Below, in pieces: positions 42,612-53,659 of a stretch of 64,000 nucleotides of DNA (position 1 is its first letter; each line of letters starts with the position of its first letter). The notes below the pieces were generated by a model. That model was not told the origin of the DNA and ran no database searches. It worked only from the letters and a program-made list of their open reading frames with translations. Made by a program: the position numbers and the translations under genes. The stretch is from TPA_inf: Saccharomyces (taxonomy: Eukaryota), in assembly GCA_000146045.2 (NCBI GenBank), contig BK006943.2, positions 32,001 through 96,000 of the forward strand. Reading direction: 5' to 3'.

Positions 42612-42909
42612 TTTCTTTTTTTTTTACTCTATTAACGCATGGAAATACGGCTTTACCTTCTCACATAAATATAGTTTGTTTAATTAATAAAGCCAATATA
42701 AACATTTGCATATTCGACTTCGTGCATGCAGAAATGCGGCAGATAAATTCATTTCTGTCTAATCTTTTGAACAGTTTTAAAGTACAAATATATTAGTATT
42801 TAACAGGAAAACTAAAAAAATGTATAATAAGAAATGAGTAAAGTTATGAGGCTATCTTGTGTTTATTATAGTATATAAAGCTACCGAAAAGGTTGTTGTA
42901 ACAAGTAGC

Positions 42910-43302
42910 TTAGTAAACGAAACCCAAAATCTTACCAGAAACGTGCTTTCTTCTGGCTTCTTCATGGTCCATGATACCAGCAGAGGTGGTCAAGATGACG
43001 TAACCGAATTGTCTGGCTGGCAACAAGTTGGCAGTCCATTTTTCAATGTCACCAATCTTAACGTTGAATCTTGGGGAAATAACACCACACTTGTTCAATC
43101 TACCGTTCAATTGAACAACAATCTTACCAGATCTGTGGTCATCGATGTATTCAAATTCACCAATGTAACCGTGCTTTTGCATAACTTGCAAAAACTTGAT
43201 AATGACCTTGGAGGATGGTCTGATTAAAACTTGACGCTTACCGGTCTTTTCAGCGTTGTTAATGGCATTCAAAGCATCAGCTAAAACGGAAGATCTGGTC
43301 AT
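42910..43302 (-). CDS. RPS22A: Ribosomal protein S22 (uS8), 130 aa, no intron.
   Basis: The translation [81 protein letters not shown]... is the uS8 family. Synteny matches YJL190C. Confidence 0.92.
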
Positions 43303-43515
43303 CTTGGATATGTATGTTGGTCTTGTTTTATAAAAAATACTAGAACTGAAAGGCCATTAAAAAACCTTACAATTTAAGAATTGAATAGTCGATTAAGATT
43401 ATTTAGATTGAAATTGACTAACTGCAAACCCATATTCAAGAATTATTTCACATCTTCCAGCGAGTAAACATGCCGCTGGTAATCGCGCGTCCTCAATATT
43501 TGAGTTTTTCAAATA

Positions 43516-43575
43516 GTGAGGTGTGGATGTATAGAGGAATTACACACTTTTAAGTATGTGATGTATGGGCGCACA
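43516..43575. promoter_or_regulatory. Two Rap1-like G/T-rich motifs (GGTGTGGATGTAT and ATGTATGGGCGC) in the divergent RPS22A / RPL39 intergenic region.
   Basis: ATGTATGGG is the reverse complement of the CCCATACAT core. The sites lie about 215-270 bp from RPS22A and about 360-415 bp from RPL39. Confidence 0.35.
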
Positions 43576-43932
43576 GTACCAATTTAACTTTTTTTTTTTT
43601 TCATTTTTTAGCTTGATTTTCAAAAAACTTATGGGCGTTTTAGGCTCCGGCTCAAACTACCACCACCACGCGGCAGGCCGAGGCAAACAGTACGCCTTGG
43701 CGGGGACGCCGAAGCGACTCCTTCTGTTCCAAGCTCAATGGTCCTTGCGTTTACGCTCGCGCGTGGGCTAACTAACGCAATTCGGCTTTTGGGCTGTCGA
43801 GAACCGAGAATTATTCTTCGCCTTGATAGATACTTTAAAACTTCTACTTAATATACTTTCTACAATTTTTGGTACATTCATATTATACTGAAAATTCGAA
43901 AAAGACAAGCAAATAAACACAGATAGATCAAC

Positions 43933-44474
43933 ATGGCTGTATGTTAGAAAGATATTATAAATCCCAGTTAGATGCTGAACTGATCAATAGCAAATTATAA
44001 ACCACATCCATCTAAATGACCTTACCACCTACAATTTGGATTTGAAATAGAAGCAATGTGTAAAATATAGGGAAAGGATTAGGAGTGTTAACCATACTAA
44101 AATTTTTCTTATCCGAAACAGAAATCTAAAGTCGCCACTACGCAGATTAAAATATGGTCATAAACTGCTTATTCTGAGAACTTTTGGTGGTCCAGCGTGG
44201 TTTATGTCAGGTGGTATTGCCTTGGATCCGTGAATGCATCACATTGATGAGTTTGAACATTGTTACTAACATTTTTTACAATTGTACACTTCGTATGTGC
44301 ACGATATGTTTCCCTTTTAATTAGGCTCAAAAGTCTTTCAGAATCAAGCAAAAAATGGCTAAGGCTAAGAAGCAAAACAGACCATTGCCACAATGGATCA
44401 GATTGAGAACCAACAACACTATCCGTTACAACGCTAAGAGAAGAAACTGGAGAAGAACCAAGATGAACATCTAA
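43933..44474 (+). CDS. RPL39: Ribosomal protein L39 (eL39), 51 aa: join(43933..43938, 44325..44474), with a 386-nt intron.
   Basis: Exon 1 is ATGGCT only, followed by GTATGT at 43939. Branchpoint TACTAAC near 44262-44268. 3' splice site TTAATTAG ends at 44324. The spliced product is [51 protein letters not shown]. Confidence 0.9.
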
Positions 44475-44562
44475 GCGAAGAACATATTTATGCTTCAAAC
44501 TTTTTGTCATTTGTCTTCCATCCTTCCCTTATTCTCAATATATATGTAATACGTCGTATTTG

Positions 44563-44585
44563 ATATATATATATATATATATATA
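44563..44585. repeat. (AT)11 dinucleotide microsatellite in the RPL39 3' flank.
   Basis: Direct count in the sequence. Confidence 0.9.
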
Positions 44586-44802
44586 ATATAATTTAACGGT
44601 TGTTATCTGCTACATCTGTAAAATAAAAATAAAAATGCTTGAAGCGGCTGTACTTAAAATAAACTCATCTAAGGTTTTACATGGTATTACTACCGGACTG
44701 CAATTACACTCTTTTTCGTTATTGGATTATTTATACAATGCGGCCCATAAGCACGTGTGGGAAAAAAGTATGTAAATAAAACAAGGTTTTTTGTTCCATT
44801 TA

Positions 44803-47262
44803 TCATATAAAAAATTTTGGCTTAGGTCCAAAGTCGTCTTCCTGGATAATAGCACCTGCATTGCGTGTCATTTCTACATACAGGCATTCCTCAGTTTGTA
44901 AGATTTGATTTGCCGTGGGCCTTCTCTCATAATTGGGCTCTATCATCCATCGTACTATTCTCTCAAGTGATTCACCATCAATAAGAAATTTCGGTACCCA
45001 TGCGGGAATTTTAGAACTTTTATGCAAAATAAGACGATTCTTGGTAGCGGCAGTATTGACATTATTATTATCGTTGCCATTATTCATATTAGGGTTGTTG
45101 ATATTACTATTGTTATGAACAGTGGAGGTGCCAGCGTTGTTACTATTACCACTGATATTGTCTCTTTCAAAATCAAATAAATCATTTGTATCTACTTTCG
45201 TAATGTCTGAAAATAATGATTCAGAATGAATATCTGTGGAACTTAATCTTCCTGCATCCGATAAATCACCCGATCTCAACTTATGCCATGCGTTGCCATT
45301 GTCAGGTAACACAACGTTCGCTGCAATTTCAACAATCATCAGACCCAGGGAAAAAATATCTGCCTTGTAATCGTACGTACAATCAGAAATGATTTCTGGT
45401 GCAATATATTCTCTGTCACCTTCATTTTCAAAACTTTTATCCTCCAACGGTAAATGAGTAGCCATTCCAAAGTCACCTAGTTTTAGGTTACCTTCAAATG
45501 TGATCATGACGTTTGCGGGTTTCAAGTCCAGATGCACAATGTGACAAGAATCATGGATGAATCGTAAAGCCAGGCTTAATTCCACGATGATTTTCCAAAT
45601 TCTCCAATCTTCCAACCTTTTTTTCTTTGCGATAACTTGCTCTTGTAAAAATCCATCCAAATTACCATTTTCGCACAATTCTGTCATAATATAGTATGAA
45701 TTTTGAAACTTCCAGGAACTGATGTAATCGATGATGTATTCCTTCCCTTCTTGATCCATTGTAATTTGGTTTGTTACCTCGTTTAGTATTTTAATTTCCA
45801 GTAATATGCGTTTCAAGGAATTATATTTGTTTGGTTTAATGGCTTTGATTGCATACTTTTTGTTTGTTTGGGCAAACGTAACCTGGTAGACCGTGGAAAA
45901 CTGGCCTTTACCAATGGAATGCACATTCGTAAATTTTTCGAAAAGATGGGAATCTGGATTTGCTGATAACTTATTTGAAGAGATTAGACGCCTTTTGGAA
46001 TTTAACGGCGAAGAATCGGTGGAAGATATGGAATGCGTCTCTGCACTTGTTGTGTTTGTCACGATGGCAGAGGAGAGTGACAATGGTCTGCTTTCTCTAT
46101 GTGTTTGAGATGTTGCCCCAATAATAGATTTTCGTCTTGTTGGAGTGGAGATCTCTTCGTCAGTGTCATTGTCATAGCGTCCACGAAATTGATAAGGTTG
46201 AGGGTTCTTTCTAGTTGAATGATGACTTGATATTATGATTGGAGGTGGGAAATTCTCGTCCGTGCCGTATAAATCATCTTTGAATTGTTGTAAACTGTTT
46301 GTTAGCTCTCTATTTTTCAAAATAACCGAATTCCTTGCTCTTTTGATTTTTTTGAACTTGTTAGAATGCAATGTTTGTGGAGAGCTGTTGGTAACCAAGC
46401 TATTAGTGGGAGACAGGATGTTTGTCTGGTTATTGTGACGATCATGTGCATGATATTTTGCCTCGCTCAGTGGGGATGAGTCTATGGTTGGTACATGGAT
46501 GGAAGGTAAAGCTTTCGAAGACGGAGAATCTGAAAATAAAAGGTCTTCTTGTAAATTATTGTCTTCAACAAAATTTAAAGGGGAAACACTTAGAGAAGAC
46601 GATGCATTTTTCGAACTCGAAAGGTGGACATGCTTATGGTCTCTTCCCTCCACTAAGGGTGATTTTTTCACTGGTGTTTCTGGTATCCTCAATTTCGCAG
46701 GGTATAACGAAGTGTCCATAGACATTTTAGATACGAGGCCCGAAGACGTAAAGGCTGATTGGTTAGGTTTAGCGACGCTATATGAAGAGGATGAGGATGT
46801 ATTTTCAGTGCGAGCATCATTTTTCGGAAACCATCGCTGGTTCCATTGTTTGAGAGAAATAGGACTGTTCGTTTTTTCCGCAGATCTTTTTGTAATAGGA
46901 GTAGTAACACTTTCATTTTCATGGAACGGAGACCACCTTTTAATACGAGAATCCACGCTTTCCTCATCCTTGCCTTCTTCCTCCTCTTCTTCCTCTTCTT
47001 CAATTTTCCCAAGAAATTTGGAGTTAGCCTCTGACAAAGCTGTATTACTTAATGACAGGTTCAAGGTCCCCGTACTTCTTGTCAATTTGTTGTTCGAATA
47101 TGGATAAAATTTCAGTTTATTGGTCGGGGTGCTACCCCCTATAGCAAAATCATCACTCTCGTCTTCGCCGGCCTGTTTGCCAAACATCTTCTTCCCCATA
47201 AACTGGAGGTTCTCCGTGTCCAGCATTTCGAAGTCCTCTTCATCCTCGTCCAAAGAACTCAT
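44803..47262 (-). CDS. SWE1: Wee1-family tyrosine kinase that inhibits Cdc28, 819 aa.
   Basis: C-terminal protein-kinase domain (VHLDLKPANV, DFG, APE). Long N-terminal Ser-rich regulatory region with an acidic stretch. Size matches YJL187C. Confidence 0.9.
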   Translation of the reverse strand: MSSLDEDEEDFEMLDTENLQFMGKKMFGKQAGEDESDDFAIGGSTPTNKLKFYPYSNNKLTRSTGTLNLSLSNTALSEANSKFLGKIEEEEEEEEEGKDEESVDSRIKRWSPFHENESVTTPITKRSAEKTNSPISLKQWNQRWFPKNDARTENTSSSSSYSVAKPNQSAFTSSGLVSKMSMDTSLYPAKLRIPETPVKKSPLVEGRDHKHVHLSSSKNASSSLSVSPLNFVEDNNLQEDLLFSDSPSSKALPSIHVPTIDSSPLSEAKYHAHDRHNNQTNILSPTNSLVTNSSPQTLHSNKFKKIKRARNSVILKNRELTNSLQQFKDDLYGTDENFPPPIIISSHHSTRKNPQPYQFRGRYDNDTDEEISTPTRRKSIIGATSQTHRESRPLSLSSAIVTNTTSAETHSISSTDSSPLNSKRRLISSNKLSANPDSHLFEKFTNVHSIGKGQFSTVYQVTFAQTNKKYAIKAIKPNKYNSLKRILLEIKILNEVTNQITMDQEGKEYIIDYISSWKFQNSYYIMTELCENGNLDGFLQEQVIAKKKRLEDWRIWKIIVELSLALRFIHDSCHIVHLDLKPANVMITFEGNLKLGDFGMATHLPLEDKSFENEGDREYIAPEIISDCTYDYKADIFSLGLMIVEIAANVVLPDNGNAWHKLRSGDLSDAGRLSSTDIHSESLFSDITKVDTNDLFDFERDNISGNSNNAGTSTVHNNSNINNPNMNNGNDNNNVNTAATKNRLILHKSSKIPAWVPKFLIDGESLERIVRWMIEPNYERRPTANQILQTEECLYVEMTRNAGAIIQEDDFGPKPKFFI

Positions 47263-47510
47263 CTGTTCTCGTGTGCGCCTGTGTGTGTTTACTTTTCCCC
47301 AGCACTACGCAATCAAAAATAGTAAGACCTGTTCAGTAGTAATCCTTTTTTTATTGGACTAACTGCGCAAGATGATGTGCAGGATAGTTAACACACGCAT
47401 ACATACAAAAAAGAGCCTCTTGGACAACCTTTACTTAATACACAGGGGCACGCCAATGTTCAACTGTGTTGTTGATTTCTTATCCAGCATTCTTTTACTT
47501 CTCTGCATTT

Positions 47511-47575
47511 TTTTCGCGTCGCGTCGCAAATTGTGATGGTTAAAAGAAAAATGAAAAAATATTTTTCGCGTCGTT
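47511..47575. promoter_or_regulatory. Cluster of three MCB-like ACGCGA(AAA) elements (read on the minus strand) 250-310 bp upstream of SWE1.
   Basis: On the plus strand these read TTTTCGCGTCGCGTCGC (47511..47527) and TTTTTCGCGTCG (47562..47573). SWE1 is a known G1/S (SBF/MBF) target. Confidence 0.55.
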
Positions 47576-48154
47576 ATCACCCGGAGGAATAAAAAAAAGA
47601 AACATACACATCACGTGACCACAAGAATGTTAGAAAGGCTTACCAGTACTAGAGACGTTAATAAATTGCGAATAGCCCCCTATCTCCCACATGTTGGCAT
47701 CTGTGAGGTGGAACCTATTTAAAGGTGCCACATTTCTTTCCTTAGAGGACGATGGTTGCAAGATCAGCACAAATCCATAGTTTGATGCATGGAAAGCGAA
47801 GCACTCTAACAGAAGTAAGATAATAAACAATCTCACGATTCTACTGATTTAAGTGCAACTAGCTCTTGGGCTTCTTTTGGTTGCCAAGTCGGAATAGACG
47901 ACAGATGCATGTTTCGGTGCAGAGTTCAGAGAGATAAGTGCCTTCTTTTATCTTTTTCCCCGTTCTTGCGGATTTTTTTTTTCACTTTCTCATCGGCGGG
48001 GAAAAAAAAGTGTAACAACTAAAGGATCAACACGGCTTTAAAGTGTTTTATATATACGCAGATATGAAAAAAGCATTTTCACGGTTATTGGAAATTTTTA
48101 TTTTACGACTGGTTCCTAGCACAACAAGAGGATATACTAATAGTTCAGGTTACA

Positions 48155-49915
48155 ATGCTGATTAGGTTAAAGAAGAGAAAAATCCTGCAGGTCATCGTGA
48201 GCGCAGTAGTGCTAATTTTATTTTTTTGTTCTGTGCATAATGATGTGTCTTCTAGTTGGTTATACGGTAAAAAGCTTAGATTGCCGGTTCTAACAAGGTC
48301 GAACCTTAAAAACAATTTTTACACAACACTGGTACAAGCCATCGTGGAAAACAAGCCGGCAGATTCGTCTCCGGACTTGAGTAAGTTGCATGGGGCGGAA
48401 GGGTGTAGCTTTGCAAATAACGTTGCTGCACACGACTCTGGACACGATAGTGACTTAAGTTACGAGAGCTTGAGTAAATGCTATAATTTGAATAAAACAG
48501 TACAAGAAAGCCTACGAGAAGTGCACAGTAAGTTTACAGACACCTTATCAGGGAAACTGAATTTTTCCATCCCACAAAGAGAGGCACTTTTCTCAGGTTC
48601 TGAGGGCATTGTCACCATTGGAGGTGGAAAGTATTCTGTGCTCGCGTATACGATGATCAAAAAGTTGAGGGACACGGGTACTACATTGCCTATTGAAGTC
48701 ATCATTCCGCCTCAGGACGAAGGCGAGGATGATTTTTGTAAGAACTGGTTGCCGAAATTCAATGGTAAGTGCATTTATTTCTCAGATATCGTTCCTTCAA
48801 AGCCATTAAGCGATTTAAAACTCACGCACTTCCAGTTGAAAGTCTTTGGGTTGATAATTTCCAGTTTCAAGCGTATTATCTTCTTGGACGCAGATAACTA
48901 TGCGGTGAAAAACCTTGACCTTGCTTTTAACACTACATCCTTCAACGATACTGGCCTGATATTGTGGCCCGATTTTTGGAGACGTGTCACCCCTCCCGCC
49001 TTTTACAACATTATAGGATCTAGCATTAACATCGGCAAAAGAGTCCGTTTTGTTAGTGACGATATTTCCCCCGTGTCACGTTATGATCCATTTGTTAGTA
49101 ACTCAAACGATTACACTCCAAAGGAGAGACAGGAGCATTTCCTGAAACATGTTCCCTTACATGATCTGGACGGCACGATGCCAGACTTGAGCTCTGAATC
49201 AGGCCAGATGGTGATTGATAAGATTCGCCATTTCAACACTCTATTACTGGCGCTATACTATAATGTTTATGGGCCTACCTGGTATTATAAGATGATTTCT
49301 CAAGGCACTGCCGGTGAAGGTGACAAAGACACTTTCGTCGCTGCTGCCCATGCCTTGAATATGCCATACTATCAAGTGAGGACTAACTTTGAATTTGATG
49401 GTTTCTTCTATCAAAAAGATGATTACAAGGGTCTCGCCTTGCTCCAGCATGATTTTGAACAAGATTACAAGCAATACCAAAAGGCGCAGCAGAAAGTTAA
49501 AGCCAACATTGAGGAATTTTCCAAACTGGATCCAGATTATACTTTGGACAATGGTTTCTTGAAAACTTTGATGGTTAATGATGACGGTTCTGATTTGGAT
49601 ATCATGTTCATTCATGCCAGTTTCTACAAGGCAGATCCATGGACTCTTTATCATGAAAACAGATTTATCGGTCCAAATGGCGAACAAGTACGGGGCTTCA
49701 GGAAGCCGCATCGCTATGGAATGGATTTTGAATTGTTTTTATTCAATGATATGAGGGGGTCCTTCTGTACCACTCCGAAAAGCCAAGTTATTAAATTCAA
49801 GTATTTTACCGATAAAGTTAATACCCCAGAATGGGATGCAATGTGTGAGTATTTGACCAATCATGTTAATTATCTGGAGAGCACACACAAAGAAGCTATG
49901 GGGGAGAAAAACTAA
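48155..49915 (+). CDS. MNN5: Golgi alpha-1,2-mannosyltransferase (MNN2/MNN5 family), type II membrane protein, 586 aa.
   Basis: N-terminal signal anchor (ILQVIVSAVVLILFFCS) and a lumenal catalytic region. Size and synteny match YJL186W. Confidence 0.85.
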   Translation: MLIRLKKRKILQVIVSAVVLILFFCSVHNDVSSSWLYGKKLRLPVLTRSNLKNNFYTTLVQAIVENKPADSSPDLSKLHGAEGCSFANNVAAHDSGHDSDLSYESLSKCYNLNKTVQESLREVHSKFTDTLSGKLNFSIPQREALFSGSEGIVTIGGGKYSVLAYTMIKKLRDTGTTLPIEVIIPPQDEGEDDFCKNWLPKFNGKCIYFSDIVPSKPLSDLKLTHFQLKVFGLIISSFKRIIFLDADNYAVKNLDLAFNTTSFNDTGLILWPDFWRRVTPPAFYNIIGSSINIGKRVRFVSDDISPVSRYDPFVSNSNDYTPKERQEHFLKHVPLHDLDGTMPDLSSESGQMVIDKIRHFNTLLLALYYNVYGPTWYYKMISQGTAGEGDKDTFVAAAHALNMPYYQVRTNFEFDGFFYQKDDYKGLALLQHDFEQDYKQYQKAQQKVKANIEEFSKLDPDYTLDNGFLKTLMVNDDGSDLDIMFIHASFYKADPWTLYHENRFIGPNGEQVRGFRKPHRYGMDFELFLFNDMRGSFCTTPKSQVIKFKYFTDKVNTPEWDAMCEYLTNHVNYLESTHKEAMGEKN

Positions 49916-50094
49916 TGAAGTGATTAACTATAATAATTTAATAATAACTCGCCATCCGACCTTGTATAATATAATGTAGCATATATGTGCACGGATATAT
50001 ATACATCTTAGAAAAAAATGAAAAAATGAAACCAAGAAAAAACTAACTGATGGTGTTCGGACAACGTTTTAGAATGAGGGTATCTAACTTTCTT

Positions 50095-50976
50095 CTACCA
50101 TTCTCTGTCCAAAAACCTAGAAAGTAAAGTCCAGCCAAACCAAGATGTGTTTTCCAACGACGAAGACGCTGCGCTTGGTGAACGGTTTAATGTTTCTCCA
50201 GTGCTCTCATCTGTAAATCGTGACCGCGATGACGAATCTATATCTACGTCTGACAACCTGTCGAATTCAAGAGGCATCGAGTAGTAATTGAAAATAAAGT
50301 CACGCTGGGGGAAAAAAGATGGTATATCGTCAAATATTCTTTCATGATGGTATGTCAATAATTGCCGGCGAGTTTTCTCGCGGTAGCATGTTCTTAGAAT
50401 TGGATACAAGTCTCTTGATAGTTTCTGCACAGCAATTCTTTGGGCATTTGTAAGTTTCTTTAATTTCGCAGAGGTATAAAGTTCTCTTTCCTTAAAGGAA
50501 TAAACGGGAAATCCATGATTGACACCGTCGCTTGATTGAGGGACATTTTGATGCAGCTCATTAAATAAATGGCTGCCCAAACACCACTCATCGATCCGGT
50601 CAGAGTTACTAGACGATCGAATGTTACGAAGAGCGGGCGCCGGCTGCTCTGAGGGCGGAGAATTTTTATTGCTGTCACTGGATATCGACAGTATAGCAAT
50701 TTCGTCAGAAGGAACTTCGAAGGCACTACTTGCAGATTCCAGTGTCTCATCGCGACTAATGGCAGTATTTGTACATTCTGGAGATAAATCTGGGTTATTG
50801 ATAACCCTTACATCATTGAATGACTTTAATCTATGGAAGTCTAGCTCAAATTCCTCTTCTGAGAGTTCCAGGACTTCAAATAGCGATTCTTCATCGTGAA
50901 TGCCGTTATTAATTCTGGGTTGAATGCGAGCAGACCTTGACCCGCAATCAACCTGGTAATTGTTCACAGATGCCAT
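50095..50976 (-). CDS. ATG36: Pexophagy receptor, about 293 aa from the Met at codon 18 of the longest ORF, which starts at 51027.
   Basis: Ser-rich, predicted-disordered protein. Synteny matches YJL185C. Start chosen to match the 293-aa length I remember. Confidence 0.75.
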   Translation of the reverse strand: MASVNNYQVDCGSRSARIQPRINNGIHDEESLFEVLELSEEEFELDFHRLKSFNDVRVINNPDLSPECTNTAISRDETLESASSAFEVPSDEIAILSISSDSNKNSPPSEQPAPALRNIRSSSNSDRIDEWCLGSHLFNELHQNVPQSSDGVNHGFPVYSFKERELYTSAKLKKLTNAQRIAVQKLSRDLYPILRTCYREKTRRQLLTYHHERIFDDIPSFFPQRDFIFNYYSMPLEFDRLSDVDIDSSSRSRFTDESTGETLNRSPSAASSSLENTSWFGWTLLSRFLDREW

Positions 50977-51447
50977 TAATGAGCTGTACTGACCACCAAA
51001 TTTTAGTATTTTAAGCCCTGAATACAACCTTTGCTCCTTGTCGACATTCGTAAGTATATAGAAATCTATCCCTTCAAAAGATTTGTATTATTCGGGATTA
51101 CGCTACAGCCGCACGTAGATCGTACGTGTATAACGATGTTTATCTTGGTGAAAGTATCTTAACGCGAATGCTCTAGTGATGGCACAATAGAATAGTGTCT
51201 TAGCACCACAGAGCGTGATTTTTTAAAGCTCTATATTAGCAACTACGATAGGTGTTTATTTAGTTTCTTTGTTGATCTTCCTGTTTCCAGTGTTACGGCC
51301 TTGTCAGGTCAAAAATTTTACCCGGATCTCTAGTAATGAGTAACTTAAGAATATCCCATCTGATTATTGGTAGTTTTACTGAACCAAGTTAGAGCTAAAT
51401 AAATATATACAGCCGATAGTGCACTGGAACCTTATCCTAATATCTCA

Positions 51448-51819
51448 ATGAAACTACCGGTAGCACAGTACAGTGCACCAGATGGTGTGGAAAAAAGTTT
51501 TGCACCAATACGCGATGACCCTCGATACATGACCACAGAGGGAAGGACAACTGGGCCCAGTGACCATGTGCTAAACGCTGGCCAAATCGATAGAGACAAA
51601 CCTTCAGAACCGGAACGCACGAAAGATGGCTCACAACTGACATACTTAGGCCAGCTGCGCACGCAGCTGACGGGGCTACAGGACGATATTAACGAGTTTT
51701 TGACAGGAAGAATGGAATTGGCAAAAAATAAGAAGAAAGCCGGCGCAGACGAGAAGCGGATCCAGGAAGAGATTAACCAGCTATTAGATGGTGGTGACGG
51801 TGACGAAGATGCTGTTTAG
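51448..51819 (+). CDS. GON7: KEOPS/EKC complex subunit, 123 aa.
   Basis: Small acidic ORF. Synteny matches YJL184W. Confidence 0.85.
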   Translation: MKLPVAQYSAPDGVEKSFAPIRDDPRYMTTEGRTTGPSDHVLNAGQIDRDKPSEPERTKDGSQLTYLGQLRTQLTGLQDDINEFLTGRMELAKNKKKAGADEKRIQEEINQLLDGGDGDEDAV

Positions 51820-52067
51820 GCAACGATATGTAGCGCTAGAGAGTGTATATACAAACAGAAAAGAGTCTAATGATAAATGACAAATATTTCGTTACAAGTG
51901 ATAATTGTTGAACTAGGAAGAGTTGATATAAAAAAATAATAAACACACGATGGGATACAGTTAAGAAGGATTGATCGACTCCTAAATGATGCGAAGAAAG
52001 CCAATTTTCAACTTGGAATCATCCTGCCGGTTTGTTGTTGGTGTTAGCTGTGTTAGGACTCGTTAAA

Positions 52068-53336
52068 ATGGCAATCAAACCAAGAACGAAGGGCAAAACG
52101 TACTCCTCAAGATCGGTGGGTTCGCAGTGGTTCAACAGGCTTGGTTTCAAGCAGAACAAGTACGGAACTTGTAAATTTTTGTCGATAATAACGGCCTTTG
52201 TTTTTATCCTCTATTTCTTCTCCAATCGCTTCTATCCAATTTCTCGTTCCGCCGGTGCATCATATTCTCCATCCCATGGGCTGTATATTAACGAAATTCC
52301 TGCCTCCAGCCGGTTGATTTATCCACATGTAGAACATGTGCCTGTGTTAAAACAAATGACCGTTAGGGGCCTGTATATTACGAGGCTAGAAGTGGATGGC
52401 AGTAAAAGATTAATTTTGAAACCAGAAGAGAATGCTTTGACAGATGAAGAAAAAAAGAAGACTACTGATCAAATTCTATTAGTGAAGCACTCGTTCTTAG
52501 ACCATGGTAAATTAGTGTATCGGAAGAGCAATGATGCACCTGAAGTGGTCGTAGTAACCCTGATAGATTTTGAAAACTACGAATTAGAAACAATTATTCA
52601 AATTGTTCAAAATAGGGTTGATTACGCTCAAAAGCACCAATATGGTGTATACATTCGTTGGATACAGGAGTTTTTGCCTGTTCTTGAAAATCAGAATTTG
52701 GCTGAAAGCTACGAATTCATTAAGCCATTGGTGATAAGAGCCGCCATGCATGCTTTCCCAACTGCCAAGTATATTCATTTTGTTGATCAAGATGCTTTAT
52801 TGATGAATCTCGATCTTTCTTTACAAAAATACCTGTTAGATCCAAAGATTATGGATTTGGCTCTATTAAAGAACGTCCCTGTTGTGGCGAATTCAAACAT
52901 CAAGACATACAATCATTTTGAATATAGTTCGGCAAAGATTATCATTCCACATGATGCGGATGGTAATATTGATGCGTCCTCATTTGTTATTGCCAATGAC
53001 TTTTATGGTAAAGCTCTGATAGACTACTTGAATGATCCGTTACTGAGAAATTTCCCATGGGATAATACCGGTGATAAGTTGAGTGCTGCTATCGGTCATA
53101 TTTTACAGTGGCATCCTACATTACTGGGTAAGACGGCAATCGTCATACCAAAAGTTTTGGCAAGTCAGTACGATGCATCCTTGGATCAAGAAGGTGAGTC
53201 TGGAAACGGTGCTTCTAATGGCGATGTTTACCATTATAATGAAGGGGACTTGGCTGCCTCCTTCAAGGGATGTAGATCAAGAGGTACGTGTGCTAGTGAA
53301 ATAGGTCACATGTACCAGAAAATCAAGAAATCTTAG
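52068..53336 (+). CDS. MNN11: Mannan polymerase II subunit (alpha-1,6-mannosyltransferase family), type II membrane protein, about 422 aa. The longest ORF starts at 52032.
   Basis: Signal-anchor segment (FLSIITAFVFILYFF) follows a basic cytosolic N-terminus. Start at MAIKPRTKGK gives 422 aa. Synteny matches YJL183W. Confidence 0.8.
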   Translation: MAIKPRTKGKTYSSRSVGSQWFNRLGFKQNKYGTCKFLSIITAFVFILYFFSNRFYPISRSAGASYSPSHGLYINEIPASSRLIYPHVEHVPVLKQMTVRGLYITRLEVDGSKRLILKPEENALTDEEKKKTTDQILLVKHSFLDHGKLVYRKSNDAPEVVVVTLIDFENYELETIIQIVQNRVDYAQKHQYGVYIRWIQEFLPVLENQNLAESYEFIKPLVIRAAMHAFPTAKYIHFVDQDALLMNLDLSLQKYLLDPKIMDLALLKNVPVVANSNIKTYNHFEYSSAKIIIPHDADGNIDASSFVIANDFYGKALIDYLNDPLLRNFPWDNTGDKLSAAIGHILQWHPTLLGKTAIVIPKVLASQYDASLDQEGESGNGASNGDVYHYNEGDLAASFKGCRSRGTCASEIGHMYQKIKKS

Positions 53337-53659
53337 ATGTGTGTAATCTTGCAATTTAGTTTCAAACAAGATCCTTGTATTTATATAAACAAAGATATAA
53401 TTTTTAAAAAAAAATTAGAAAAAGCAAATATAATTCAGGTCCCACTTGGAATAATGGCACTGTATTGATGCATTTTCCTTATGCTTAGTGACGCGTTTTC
53501 GCGCGTCAGTTTCAAGTTTTTCTTGGCTTTTTTTTTTTCATTTTCGTAAAGGGTCTTAAAAGGATTAAAAAATGCAGTATTGAAATAAAGAACAATTACG
53601 AACGGTGAAGCTGCTATTTTGGTTATTATACCCTTCCAGGACAGTACGCGCAAACTATT

